A stretch of 64,000 bases of DNA, taken from NCBI GenBank assembly GCA_045588245.1, contig JAZNDW010000012.1, forward strand, positions 31,403 to 95,402. Reading direction: 5' to 3'. The notes below the pieces were generated by a model. The model saw only the letters and a list, made by a program, of their open reading frames with translations. It did no database searches and was not told the origin of the DNA. Source of the stretch: Eubacteriales bacterium. Its GTDB lineage: Bacteria; Bacillota; Clostridia; Oscillospirales; CAG-272. Shown piece by piece: positions 55,457 through 64,000 of this stretch (the stretch's first letter is position 1; every line of letters starts with the position of its first letter). Both the position numbers and the translations under genes were made by a program.

Positions 55457-55505
55457 AAAGAATCATTTTCGTATATTCAATTATTCGAAAATGATTCTTT
55501 GCTTT
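55457..55505 (+). terminator. rho-independent terminator
   Basis: 15-bp stem AAAGAATCATTTTCG / CGAAAATGATTCTTT with a 14-nt loop and a T-rich tail. Confidence 0.7.
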
Positions 55506-55647
55506 AATCTGTCGGTTGCCGTTAAAAATGCGTGATCGTCTTGAAAGCTTGCTGATTTGAGGTTATACTTATTTTATCAACTATCCGGCGGATCACGCCC
55601 TATGTTGCAACCAAAAACAGCGGCGACAGTACTGAGGAGATATATAC

Positions 55648-56529
55648 ATGAACAAAAGAGATGCAAGCTATGAAACGGAAGCTCGACGGGACAGCAACGA
55701 TTTTAAGTTTTTCCTCTACCGTATGCCCGACGATGCCGTTGATATTCAGCAGGTGGCGCCGCATTGGCACAGCGAATTTGAAATATTGTATTCCGAAGCT
55801 GAGGGCGAGCTCTGTGTAAATGATAAAGAATACGAAATCAAGCCGGGCAGTCTGTTTTTTGTAAACCCAAGAGCGGTTCACCGCACGTACAGAAAAACAC
55901 ACGGACTTATGGCGCATATCGTTTTCGATCTTAATTTACTGAAAACGGTTAAACTTGACAATCCTTGCAATAAACTGATTGATGATGTGATAGAACAAAA
56001 CCGAAAGTTCAAGGAAAAGGTAGATATTGATTCGCAACTTTATTGCGAGCTATTACCAATAATTAAAAAAATAAACGTATATATCGAGAAAACGGTATCG
56101 TACGGATATGAAAGCTGCGAGGTAACTTCGCTGTTGTTTGCTGTTTTGGCGGCAGCTATGAAAGCGCATCATTTTGAGATCCTGAACGAATATAACCTTT
56201 ACGGAATGCATTACGTTACCGATACGATGAGCTACATCGACGAACATTATCACGAAAATCTGACGGTATCGGAGCTTGCCAAAAACGTAAGCGTATCACC
56301 GACCTATCTATATCGCCTGTTCCACGATTACGTCGGGGCAACACCTATAAATTATATCAATTCAATCAGGCTGAGAGCGGCATACCGTCTGCTTGAGAGC
56401 GGACATAACGTTACTGAGACGGCAATGGCTGTAGGAATTCCGAACGTCAGCTATTTTATCAAGCTTTTTAAGATGGCAACCGGAGAAACTCCGTTAATGT
56501 GGCAGAAGAAAAAAGGGGTGAGCAAATGA
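55648..56529 (+). CDS. AraC-family transcriptional regulator (cupin sensor + tandem HTH)
   Basis: N-terminal cupin (HWHSEFEILY). C-terminal LTVSELAKNVSVSPTYLYRLFHDYVGATPINYINSIRLRAAYRLL. Confidence 0.85.
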   Translation: MNKRDASYETEARRDSNDFKFFLYRMPDDAVDIQQVAPHWHSEFEILYSEAEGELCVNDKEYEIKPGSLFFVNPRAVHRTYRKTHGLMAHIVFDLNLLKTVKLDNPCNKLIDDVIEQNRKFKEKVDIDSQLYCELLPIIKKINVYIEKTVSYGYESCEVTSLLFAVLAAAMKAHHFEILNEYNLYGMHYVTDTMSYIDEHYHENLTVSELAKNVSVSPTYLYRLFHDYVGATPINYINSIRLRAAYRLLESGHNVTETAMAVGIPNVSYFIKLFKMATGETPLMWQKKKGVSK

Positions 56530-58829
56530 AGTCTATATTTAAGTTTATCTGTAACGATCACTCGCTTAATATTCTTCTTTACGGGCCGGGAATTGCACGT
56601 TTAACGTATGGATGCTTATATAGACCGACCTTGCCGAGTATGATCGTGACGGCACCTATGCCGGAAGACTGCCCGGGATATGCCGAGAATCATGAAACCG
56701 ACACCGAATATATAATTTCGACCGAAAAAATACGTATATGCGTCAATAAATCAACACTCGAAGTCCGATTCTTAAAGGTCGACGGGGAACTGTTATCGCA
56801 TGAATACGAACGAACGGTCGAGCCGTATGAAGTTTACCGCAATATAGGCGGCGAAGTTGAATACAGACATACCGTTGACGGTGTCCGTGCGTCAAGACAC
56901 GGCGGGGAAAAGATATTTATGGGTATTGCAAACCACGCAAGACTGACGCTTGATTTCACGGAGGACGAAACGCTCTTCGGACTCGGAAGCCACGAGGAAG
57001 GATATTCGGACATTAAAGGGAATTTTATCCCGCTGTATCATGAAAATATGCGTATAGCCGTGCCGTATTTCGTATCAAGCAAGGGCTATGCATATCTGTT
57101 TGACTGTACCTCGATGATGACCTTTGACGCGACCGATGAAAAACACGGAAAAGTGTATTTCGACTCAGTGGATGCGATAGATTATTATTTCATCTACGGC
57201 GAAAGCTTTGACGGTGTCTGCCGCGAGTACAGATATCTGACAGGTTCAACACCGATGCTTCCTCGCTGGGCGTGCGGTTATATTCAATCTAAAGAAAAGT
57301 ATAATTCGCAAGACGAGATCGTATCGGTTGCGAAGAAATACCGTGAGCTTAAAATCCCGTTTGATGCTATTATTCAGGACTGGATGTATTGGCGCGGAGG
57401 TCTTTGGGGAAACAAACATTTTGATCCCGTTCGCTACCCTGATCCGAAAGCTATGGCTGATCACATACACGAGCTGAATGCACGGATAATGATCTCTATC
57501 TGGCCTAATATTAGCGGAGAAGAAGCGGAAGACAGGATCGAATTTGCCAATGCAGGAAAGCTTCTGCCTGACGGCTCGGTATACGATGCGTTTGACAGCG
57601 AAGCAAGAGAAATCTATTGGCGTCAGGCGTATGACGGGCTGTTTAAGTACGGCATCGACGGTTGGTGGTGCGATTCCTCCGAGCCGTATGATGCTGTGTG
57701 GCACGGCAAAGAGCGTCCGCCGCTCCCCGAGCGTATGAAACGCTCAGTCGGAGAGTTCAAAAAGTACATTGATGATAAAAAGATCAATGCATACTCACTG
57801 ATGCACTCGCTCGGAATGTATGAAAATCAGCGAAAATGCTCCGACAAACGAATGATAAATCTCACCCGTTCGGGATACTCAGGACAGCACAGATACGGAA
57901 CGGTCGTATGGTCGGGAGACATCAGTGCAACTTGGGAAGCACTTCGCCGTCAGATACATATCGCACAAAATTATATAAGCTGCGGAGAAGCATACTGGAA
58001 CACTGATATCGGTGGATTTTTCGTCAAAGACGGATACGAGTGGTTCAGAAAAGGTGACTATAACGGTGGATTCAACGATCTCGGTTACCGCGAACTTTAC
58101 ACGCGCTGGATGCAGTTTGCCTGCTTTTCGCCGATGTTCCGTTCTCACGGAACGGATACACCGCGTGAGGTGTGGCGTTTTGGTGAAAGAGGCGAAATGT
58201 TCCGCGACGCAATCGAGGAATCGATAAGATTAAGATACGAGCTTTTACCTTATTTTTATTCGATCAATGCCGCCGTTACGTTTGACGGAGTGATGCCGAT
58301 AACACCGCTTGCACTTATGTATCCTTCCGACAGAGAAGCACATCATGTGAAAAACGAGTATATGTACGGTCACGAGTTTCTCGTATGCCCGATCACAGAG
58401 CCGATGTATTATAACAGCGATTCTCTGCCGATCGAGTGCGAAGATAAAACGGTTTGTGTTTATCTGCCCGATGGCGGCTGGTATGACTATTATACCGAAG
58501 CTTATTATGAAGGCGGAAAATATTACCATATAGAATGTGACATCAACAGAATCCCGCTGTTTGTCCGCGCAGGTTCGATTATTCCTACCGTAGCTCGGAT
58601 AGAGCATACAGGAGAGCTTGACGGCATGCCGTTTGAAGTTCGTGTATACACGGGAAATGACGGCGAATTCTCGGTTTACGATGACCGAGGCGACGGTTAC
58701 GGATACGAAAACGGCGAATATACGTCGGTAAAGGTCATATATGACAGCAAAACCGACGATATCCGCGAAGAATGTCATACATCAGAACTGTACCGTCATG
58801 AAATGACGTACAGAAAAATAAAGCATTAA
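56526..58829 (+). CDS. glycoside hydrolase family 31 (alpha-glucosidase/alpha-xylosidase-like)
   Basis: GH31 blocks IQDWMYW, GIDGWWCDSSEP, SGDI, TDIGGF and FRSHG. I chose the ATG at 56526, which overlaps the araC-like stop. Confidence 0.85.
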   Translation: MKSIFKFICNDHSLNILLYGPGIARLTYGCLYRPTLPSMIVTAPMPEDCPGYAENHETDTEYIISTEKIRICVNKSTLEVRFLKVDGELLSHEYERTVEPYEVYRNIGGEVEYRHTVDGVRASRHGGEKIFMGIANHARLTLDFTEDETLFGLGSHEEGYSDIKGNFIPLYHENMRIAVPYFVSSKGYAYLFDCTSMMTFDATDEKHGKVYFDSVDAIDYYFIYGESFDGVCREYRYLTGSTPMLPRWACGYIQSKEKYNSQDEIVSVAKKYRELKIPFDAIIQDWMYWRGGLWGNKHFDPVRYPDPKAMADHIHELNARIMISIWPNISGEEAEDRIEFANAGKLLPDGSVYDAFDSEAREIYWRQAYDGLFKYGIDGWWCDSSEPYDAVWHGKERPPLPERMKRSVGEFKKYIDDKKINAYSLMHSLGMYENQRKCSDKRMINLTRSGYSGQHRYGTVVWSGDISATWEALRRQIHIAQNYISCGEAYWNTDIGGFFVKDGYEWFRKGDYNGGFNDLGYRELYTRWMQFACFSPMFRSHGTDTPREVWRFGERGEMFRDAIEESIRLRYELLPYFYSINAAVTFDGVMPITPLALMYPSDREAHHVKNEYMYGHEFLVCPITEPMYYNSDSLPIECEDKTVCVYLPDGGWYDYYTEAYYEGGKYYHIECDINRIPLFVRAGSIIPTVARIEHTGELDGMPFEVRVYTGNDGEFSVYDDRGDGYGYENGEYTSVKVIYDSKTDDIREECHTSELYRHEMTYRKIKH

Positions 58830-58874
58830 TCAAATAAATAATGCCGCTGTTGACGGCGGCGGAGAGGAAAACAA

Positions 58875-60332
58875 ATGAATAACAGAAATAGCTTGTCGCT
58901 TATTTCGCTTTTGCTTGCGATTCTGATGCTTATGTCGACGCTGTTGATTTCTTGTAACGACATCCCCGACACACCAAGCGACAACACGGGCAACGAAAGC
59001 GGCTCTGATACAGAAAACAATTTACAGGATAACGTTCCGGCTATGGATCTTGACGGGATGGAATTCAATCTGCTCACCTTTGAGCAGGGATTTGCCGACA
59101 TGGTTCATGTTTTTGATGAACCGTCAGACGATCCTGTCGACTATGCGAAATACAGAACCATAACAGAAATTGAAAGCCGCTTCGACGTTGACATCGTTGA
59201 ATACATTGAGTCTGATTCCTATGTAAATACGACCTACAGATCAATGATTCAAACGGGAGCGGATGATTACGATATCGTGTTTGCGTATGACCTTTACGCA
59301 CATTATTTCGCTGAAGAAAACGCTATATACGATTACGACAGCCTTGGATACGTTGATCTTGAGAAGGGCTATTGGGATCAGTGCCTGCTTGATTACACGA
59401 CAGTAGGCGGTAAAGTTTACTACGCATACGGAACATACGATTTTACATATTACGATCTGACGCATTGTCTTGTATTCAATAAGGATCTTATAGCAACTCT
59501 CGGCTGTGAAAATCCTTATGACCTTGTAAACAGCGGCGCTTGGACGATGGACAAGATGTACGAGCTGTGCCAGACCGCCACGATGGAGGTCAACGGCGAC
59601 GGTCAAATGACAGAAGCTGACCGATTCGGATTTTTGGCTTCGGGCAAGCAGATTCTTCCAAACTTCTGGATATCCGGCGGAACGACTTCCGTTAAGCTCG
59701 ACAAAGATAATCTTCCCAAAGTCAATATTTCCGGTAACGAGCAGCTTGCGAATATAATCGATAAATGCTTTGAAATGTTCTGGGATGGCGGCGTATGGTG
59801 TGAATATACGGGAGATGCCAATCAGCCGGATAATCAGGCAACGATGTTCAAAACAAATAAAGGTTTGTTTGCAGATTACACTTTCTATTTTTTAAGTCAG
59901 CTTCGTGACTGTGACGCAGAATTCGGAATCCTTCCTTTCCCGAAATATGACTCCGATCAGACGGAATATTATTCACGTGTTGAGGCAGGCTCGCTTGTTG
60001 CTGTCGTTCCGATAACAAACGATGATCCTTTGACGGTAGGTGCAATTCTTGAGGCAATGGCGTCCACGGGATATGATGAGATCTTACCCGCATATTACGA
60101 AAGCGTACTGAAACGTAAGATCTCGCGCGATGAAGAATCGCAGGGAATGCTTGATCTGATATTTGAAACCAGAGTATACGATCTTGGCGATACGTGGTAC
60201 TGTGATCAGATCCGCGACGGCTTGTTCAAGAAGATGTGGAATGACCGTCAGAACAGACTTAGTTCAATGTACGCAGCGTACAAGAAAATGATTGACAACA
60301 CGATTGAAGAAACGATCAAAGCATACAGCTAA
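58875..60332 (+). CDS. ABC-transporter extracellular solute-binding lipoprotein (large family-1 sugar-binding type)
   Basis: Lipobox LLISCND. A ~485-aa SBP-like sequence. SD GGAGAGGAAA upstream. Confidence 0.7.
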   Translation: MNNRNSLSLISLLLAILMLMSTLLISCNDIPDTPSDNTGNESGSDTENNLQDNVPAMDLDGMEFNLLTFEQGFADMVHVFDEPSDDPVDYAKYRTITEIESRFDVDIVEYIESDSYVNTTYRSMIQTGADDYDIVFAYDLYAHYFAEENAIYDYDSLGYVDLEKGYWDQCLLDYTTVGGKVYYAYGTYDFTYYDLTHCLVFNKDLIATLGCENPYDLVNSGAWTMDKMYELCQTATMEVNGDGQMTEADRFGFLASGKQILPNFWISGGTTSVKLDKDNLPKVNISGNEQLANIIDKCFEMFWDGGVWCEYTGDANQPDNQATMFKTNKGLFADYTFYFLSQLRDCDAEFGILPFPKYDSDQTEYYSRVEAGSLVAVVPITNDDPLTVGAILEAMASTGYDEILPAYYESVLKRKISRDEESQGMLDLIFETRVYDLGDTWYCDQIRDGLFKKMWNDRQNRLSSMYAAYKKMIDNTIEETIKAYS

Positions 60333-60343
60333 GCGATAAGATA

Positions 60344-60384
60344 ATAAAAAAATGAGGCTTTACAATAAGCCTCATTTTTTTTGT
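60344..60384. terminator. bidirectional rho-independent terminator
   Basis: AATGAGGCTT-tacaat-AAGCCTCATT flanked by an A-run and a T8 run. Confidence 0.88.
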
Positions 60385-60392
60385 TTTGCAAT

Positions 60393-62141
60393 TTATATTT
60401 TATATTTTTCGCTGTATTCACCGTAACTTTCGCTGAAGTGCTTGTTACCGTGTTTAACAGTGTTGAGGTATTGGTGCGTGTCAAACGAGCTGTGTGCGAT
60501 CTCAATAACCGAAACGGCGATATTCGAACAATGGTCGGAAACGCGCGCGTAGTTATTAAGCAGATCGGAAAGAATGAATCCGAGCTCAATTGAGCATTCC
60601 TTTGACTGCAGACGTTTTATATGACGGGATTTAACGGAAGTTACGAGGAAGTCAATAACCTGTTCAAGCGGTTCAACAGAAACTGCATGCTCAGGAGAAT
60701 TTTTAAGGTACGCTTCATTGGTAATATCAATAATTTCCTTCAGTGCCGCATTTAATACGTTGATCTCTTCGGTTGCCGCAGCAGAGAAGGTAAGCTTCTT
60801 TTCGTAAAGCTCTTTTGAAACGCGCATAATATTTACAGCGTGGTCACCGAGACGTTCAAAATCGCCGATGGTGTGAAGCATCTTTGATACACGAAGCGAG
60901 TCGGTGTCGGAAAGCTGTTCGGATGAAAGTCTGACAAGTGCCGTTCCAAGCTTGTCCTCGTAAATGTCGAGCGTATCTTCATTCTTGAGTATAGATTCTT
61001 CAAGGTCTTTGCTGTATGCGCCGATAGAAGAGATAGCATCGTGGAGGGTCTTCCAAACGATCTGTGCCATCTGCTGTGTGATGGAGTCACATTCATTGAT
61101 GGCGATAGAGGGAGTTGCAAGAATACGTTCGTCGATGAGCTCTGTTTTCTGGTCTTCGTCGTTTTTACTGTCGCGGAGAATGGCATTAGCTACTTTAACG
61201 AGAAGATTAGAGAAGGGAATCAAAAGAATAGTAGTTACAACGTTGAATATCGTATGGAACAGGGCAATTCCCGTTTCGCCAATTACCTTGCTGAGGAAGG
61301 GGATCTCGAAAAAGTGTATGCCTATAAGATAAACGGAAAGGAAAATTATCGTACCGATGGTGTTGAACAGAATGTGTATTACGGCAACTTTCTTTGCGTT
61401 TTTGTTAACGCCGATACTAGAAATAAGAGAAGTGATACACGTACCGATATTCTGACCCATGATGATTGGGAGTGCCATTGCGTATGTAATCTCACCTGTA
61501 GCGGCAAGCGCAAGCAAAATGCCGATTGAAGCGGAGGAAGCCTGAATGATCGCTGTGAAAATAGCACCCGTTGCAACGCCGAGAAGCGGATTTTTGAAAG
61601 CCAAAAGCAGATTGGTAAATGCAGGAGTTCCCGCAAGACCTGAAACGGAACCGCTCATAAGCTTCATGCCGTACATCAGAATTGCGAAGCCGACAAAAAC
61701 TGCACCGATGTCGCGTTTTTTAGTATTCTTTGATGCCATGATCATGAGAATACCGACAAGTGCAAAGATAAGCGAAAAGTTTTCGGGCTTCAGAAGCTTC
61801 AAAAAGACATTATCAGTTTCAAGTCCGACAAGAGTGAGAAGCCAAACGGTGAGTGTTGTACCGATGTTGGAGCCCATAATGACGCCGACTGTTTGTCCGA
61901 TGTGCATAATGCCGGAGTTTACGAGACCGACGAGCATAACGGTTACGGCAGATGAGGACTGAATTGCAATGGTAATACCTGCGCCGAGGAAGAGGCTCAA
62001 AATCCTGCTTGATGTTGCTCCCTTGAGCATTTGCTGAAGACGTCCGCCCGCCATTCTTTCAAGACCGCCTGACATAACGTTCATGCCGTAAAGGAAGAAT
62101 GCAAGACCGCCCGCAAGCTGAATAAAGCTGAATAAATCCAT
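60393..62141 (-). CDS. Na+/phosphate cotransporter family protein with C-terminal PhoU-like repeats
   Basis: N-terminal NptA-type membrane domain (LAGGLAFFLYGMNVMSGGLE..., GQNIGTCITS). C-terminal ~230 aa has PhoU-like helices (GDFERLGDHAVNI, RVSDHCSNIA). Confidence 0.85.
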   Translation of the reverse strand: MDLFSFIQLAGGLAFFLYGMNVMSGGLERMAGGRLQQMLKGATSSRILSLFLGAGITIAIQSSSAVTVMLVGLVNSGIMHIGQTVGVIMGSNIGTTLTVWLLTLVGLETDNVFLKLLKPENFSLIFALVGILMIMASKNTKKRDIGAVFVGFAILMYGMKLMSGSVSGLAGTPAFTNLLLAFKNPLLGVATGAIFTAIIQASSASIGILLALAATGEITYAMALPIIMGQNIGTCITSLISSIGVNKNAKKVAVIHILFNTIGTIIFLSVYLIGIHFFEIPFLSKVIGETGIALFHTIFNVVTTILLIPFSNLLVKVANAILRDSKNDEDQKTELIDERILATPSIAINECDSITQQMAQIVWKTLHDAISSIGAYSKDLEESILKNEDTLDIYEDKLGTALVRLSSEQLSDTDSLRVSKMLHTIGDFERLGDHAVNIMRVSKELYEKKLTFSAAATEEINVLNAALKEIIDITNEAYLKNSPEHAVSVEPLEQVIDFLVTSVKSRHIKRLQSKECSIELGFILSDLLNNYARVSDHCSNIAVSVIEIAHSSFDTHQYLNTVKHGNKHFSESYGEYSEKYKI

Positions 62142-62310
62142 AGGGTGATTGTCCTTTCTCGGATGTTAATGGATATAGTCAAAGTATATAGTATTTGTGT
62201 AAAGTAAACCCCTACCGTACAGTAAAATAAATGTAAAATAAACTATATATATGTAAAATTAATTTTACATAACAAAAGCAGACCGATAATAGAGCAAATA
62301 CAGATAACGC

Positions 62311-62340
62311 TTGAAATAAAAGCATACGGTGTGATATAAT
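62311..62340 (+). promoter_or_regulatory. putative sigma-A promoter of the two-component operon
   Basis: TTGAAA-18 nt-TATAAT with a TG extended -10. It sits only 4 nt before the first ATG (62345), which argues for the 62375 start. Confidence 0.55.
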
Positions 62341-62374
62341 AATTATGAATAATAATTTCAAAAAAGGATTAACT

Positions 62375-63055
62375 ATGATTTATATCGTTGAAGATGATAA
62401 AAGCATACGTGATATAGTAGTCTACGCGATTGAAAGCGTAGGATATACGGCGAAGGGCTTTGAGAAACCGTCTGATTTTTTTGCGGCTGTTGATACAGAG
62501 GTCCCCGAACTCGTACTGCTTGATATAATGCTTCCTGAAATGGACGGACTTGCTGTGCTGTCGCGTCTTCGTGAATCTACAGTAACGAAACTTTTGCCGA
62601 TCATTATCATGACGGCAAAAGGAACCGAATACGATAAGGTCGTCGGTCTTGACCTGGGCGCTGACGACTACATAACGAAGCCTTTTGGAATGATGGAGCT
62701 TATCTCTCGCATAAAGGCGCTTTTACGCCGAGTCGAAAGAGGTGCTAAGGGGGCTGAATACATTGTCGGATCACTCACTGTTTCAGAGATCGGTCATTCC
62801 GTTAAGGTCAACGGCGATACCGTTGTTCTCACGCTTAAAGAGTTTGAGCTACTTTGCCTGCTTTTGAAAAATCATAACAGAGTCCTCACCCGAGATATGA
62901 TCCACGATATGATCTGGGGATATTCGTTCGATGGCGAAAGCCGTACCGTCGACGTACATATCCGTACACTCCGTCAAAAGCTTGGGGAGGCAGGATCGCT
63001 GATTGAAACGATACGAGGCGTCGGATATAAGATCGGAGGCGATCTTCAAAAGTGA
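62375..63055 (+). CDS. OmpR/PhoB-family response regulator
   Basis: Receiver domain (IVEDD...LVLLDIMLPEMDG...TAKG) plus a winged-helix output (TVDVHIRTLRQKL...IETIRGVGYKIG). Confidence 0.9.
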   Translation: MIYIVEDDKSIRDIVVYAIESVGYTAKGFEKPSDFFAAVDTEVPELVLLDIMLPEMDGLAVLSRLRESTVTKLLPIIIMTAKGTEYDKVVGLDLGADDYITKPFGMMELISRIKALLRRVERGAKGAEYIVGSLTVSEIGHSVKVNGDTVVLTLKEFELLCLLLKNHNRVLTRDMIHDMIWGYSFDGESRTVDVHIRTLRQKLGEAGSLIETIRGVGYKIGGDLQK

Positions 63056-64000
63056 AAAGCAAGATATTTTTAAGTATCTTTGCCGTGTCGATGGTCGTAT
63101 TCATCATGACTCTCGTTGTCGTGCTCAGCGTTTTGTACGATTATTATTCCGATAAATACACAGCGGAGCTTCGGGACGAAGCTATGTATCTTTCCACCGC
63201 AATTGAGATCGGTGGAACCGAAATATTCGATACGCTGCCGTATAAACTGTCGGGATACGTAACTCTGATCTCATCCGATGGTGACGTTATCTACAATACG
63301 GATGAAAACGGTGACGGCACCGATATTGATTATCTTTCGCTTGAAGAATTTGCACTTGCAAAAGAGAACGGTATCGGCGAGAGTTCGCGTTATTCTATCG
63401 AACACGGTCAGGAGCAGGCACACTGCGCTGTTCGTCTGTCAAACGGCAATATTGTGCGAGTGTCGAGCTCTCAATATACGCTTATCACGTTGGTAATAGA
63501 CCTTATAACACCCGTTGTGATGATATTCACCGTTGCTATCGTCCTGTCGCTTATACTCGCGTTTCGTATTTCGTCAAGTATCATCGACCCGATCAATAAG
63601 ATCGACCTTGATGCGCCAGACGGAAGAGACGTTTATGACGAGCTGCGTCCGCTGCTCGATAAGATAAACGAGCAGAACCGTGAGATCGACAAGCAGATCG
63701 AAGAGCTTCAAACAGAGCATAATAAGCAGAATGCACTGCGCCGTGAGTTCACGGCGAACGTTTCGCATGAACTGAAAACTCCGCTTACAACGATCTCAGC
63801 TGCTGCTGAGCTGATGTCGGCGGGGCTGGTCAAAGAGGTTGATATACCGCGATTCGCTGACACCATTTATACAGAAGCACAGCATTTGATAGTACTCGTT
63901 AATGATATTATGGAGCTTTCGCGTCTTGATGAAAACGCTATCCCCGAAAAGACGGCAGTTGATCTATACAGCGTTGCCGATACGACCGTTAGTCGCTTAG
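63052..64000 (+). CDS. sensor histidine kinase (PhoR-like architecture), truncated at the right edge
   Basis: Open-ended, so absent from the ORF track. My translation from GTG 63052 (GTGA overlap with the regulator stop) shows two TM segments flanking a ~150-aa periplasmic loop, a coiled coil, and the H-box FTANVSHELKTPL. Confidence 0.85.
   Translation, partial: MKSKIFLSIFAVSMVVFIMTLVVVLSVLYDYYSDKYTAELRDEAMYLSTAIEIGGTEIFDTLPYKLSGYVTLISSDGDVIYNTDENGDGTDIDYLSLEEFALAKENGIGESSRYSIEHGQEQAHCAVRLSNGNIVRVSSSQYTLITLVIDLITPVVMIFTVAIVLSLILAFRISSSIIDPINKIDLDAPDGRDVYDELRPLLDKINEQNREIDKQIEELQTEHNKQNALRREFTANVSHELKTPLTTISAAAELMSAGLVKEVDIPRFADTIYTEAQHLIVLVNDIMELSRLDENAIPEKTAVDLYSVADTTVSRL

Overview
This 64-kb window looks like chromosomal DNA from an endospore-forming Firmicute, probably a Clostridia or Oscillospiraceae-like organism. 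That taxonomic call is inferred from gene content and order only. It is densely coding, with about 55 genes, and mostly core.

From left to right:
- A glycyl-radical enzyme (truncated at the left edge) with its activase, and a DtxR-family regulator.
- A large LRR surface protein, then mgtE.
- The sporulation and housekeeping block ylbJ / yqfC-yqfD-phoH-ybeY-era-recO-mutS2.
- A rhamnose-type sugar operon: two xylose-isomerase-fold TIM-barrel proteins, rhaB, rhaA and an AEC permease. It is followed by a GH43 lipoprotein and a MATE exporter.
- An envelope block: an LTA-synthase-like protein, a PlsC-like acyltransferase, a TEPEES-repeat surface protein, and an ECF-type sigma factor with a putative anti-sigma partner.
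- ylxM-ffh-rpsP-KH, a GltS-like symporter, and the complete spoIIIAA-AH operon.
- nadE, an M32 carboxypeptidase, an HTH-GlmM fusion with a hexapeptide acyltransferase, and an alanine/glycine:cation symporter behind a tandem glycine riboswitch.
- A tRNA-Leu(UAA)/tRNA-fMet operon, followed by an rtcB cassette bracketed by 68-bp direct repeats.
- D-LDH, a flavin-reductase/rubredoxin fusion, an enoate-reductase-like flavoprotein with a split aconitase-X dehydratase, and an AraC/GH31/solute-binding-protein locus.
- A Na/Pi cotransporter with an OmpR-type response regulator and a histidine kinase (truncated at the right edge).

I found no CRISPR array, integrase, transposase, reverse transcriptase, or recognisable toxin-antitoxin or defence-system hallmark. 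I therefore cannot claim a clearly novel multi-gene system.

The most unusual observations are:
- the repeat-bracketed rtcB cassette beside an initiator tRNA with an atypical T-arm;
- the XRE-HTH::GlmM fusion;
- the enoate-reductase + split-AcnX operon;
- a rhamnose-type operon with no aldolase in view.

All calls rest on reading the ORF translations, motifs and hand-folded hairpins. No database search or computation was run.
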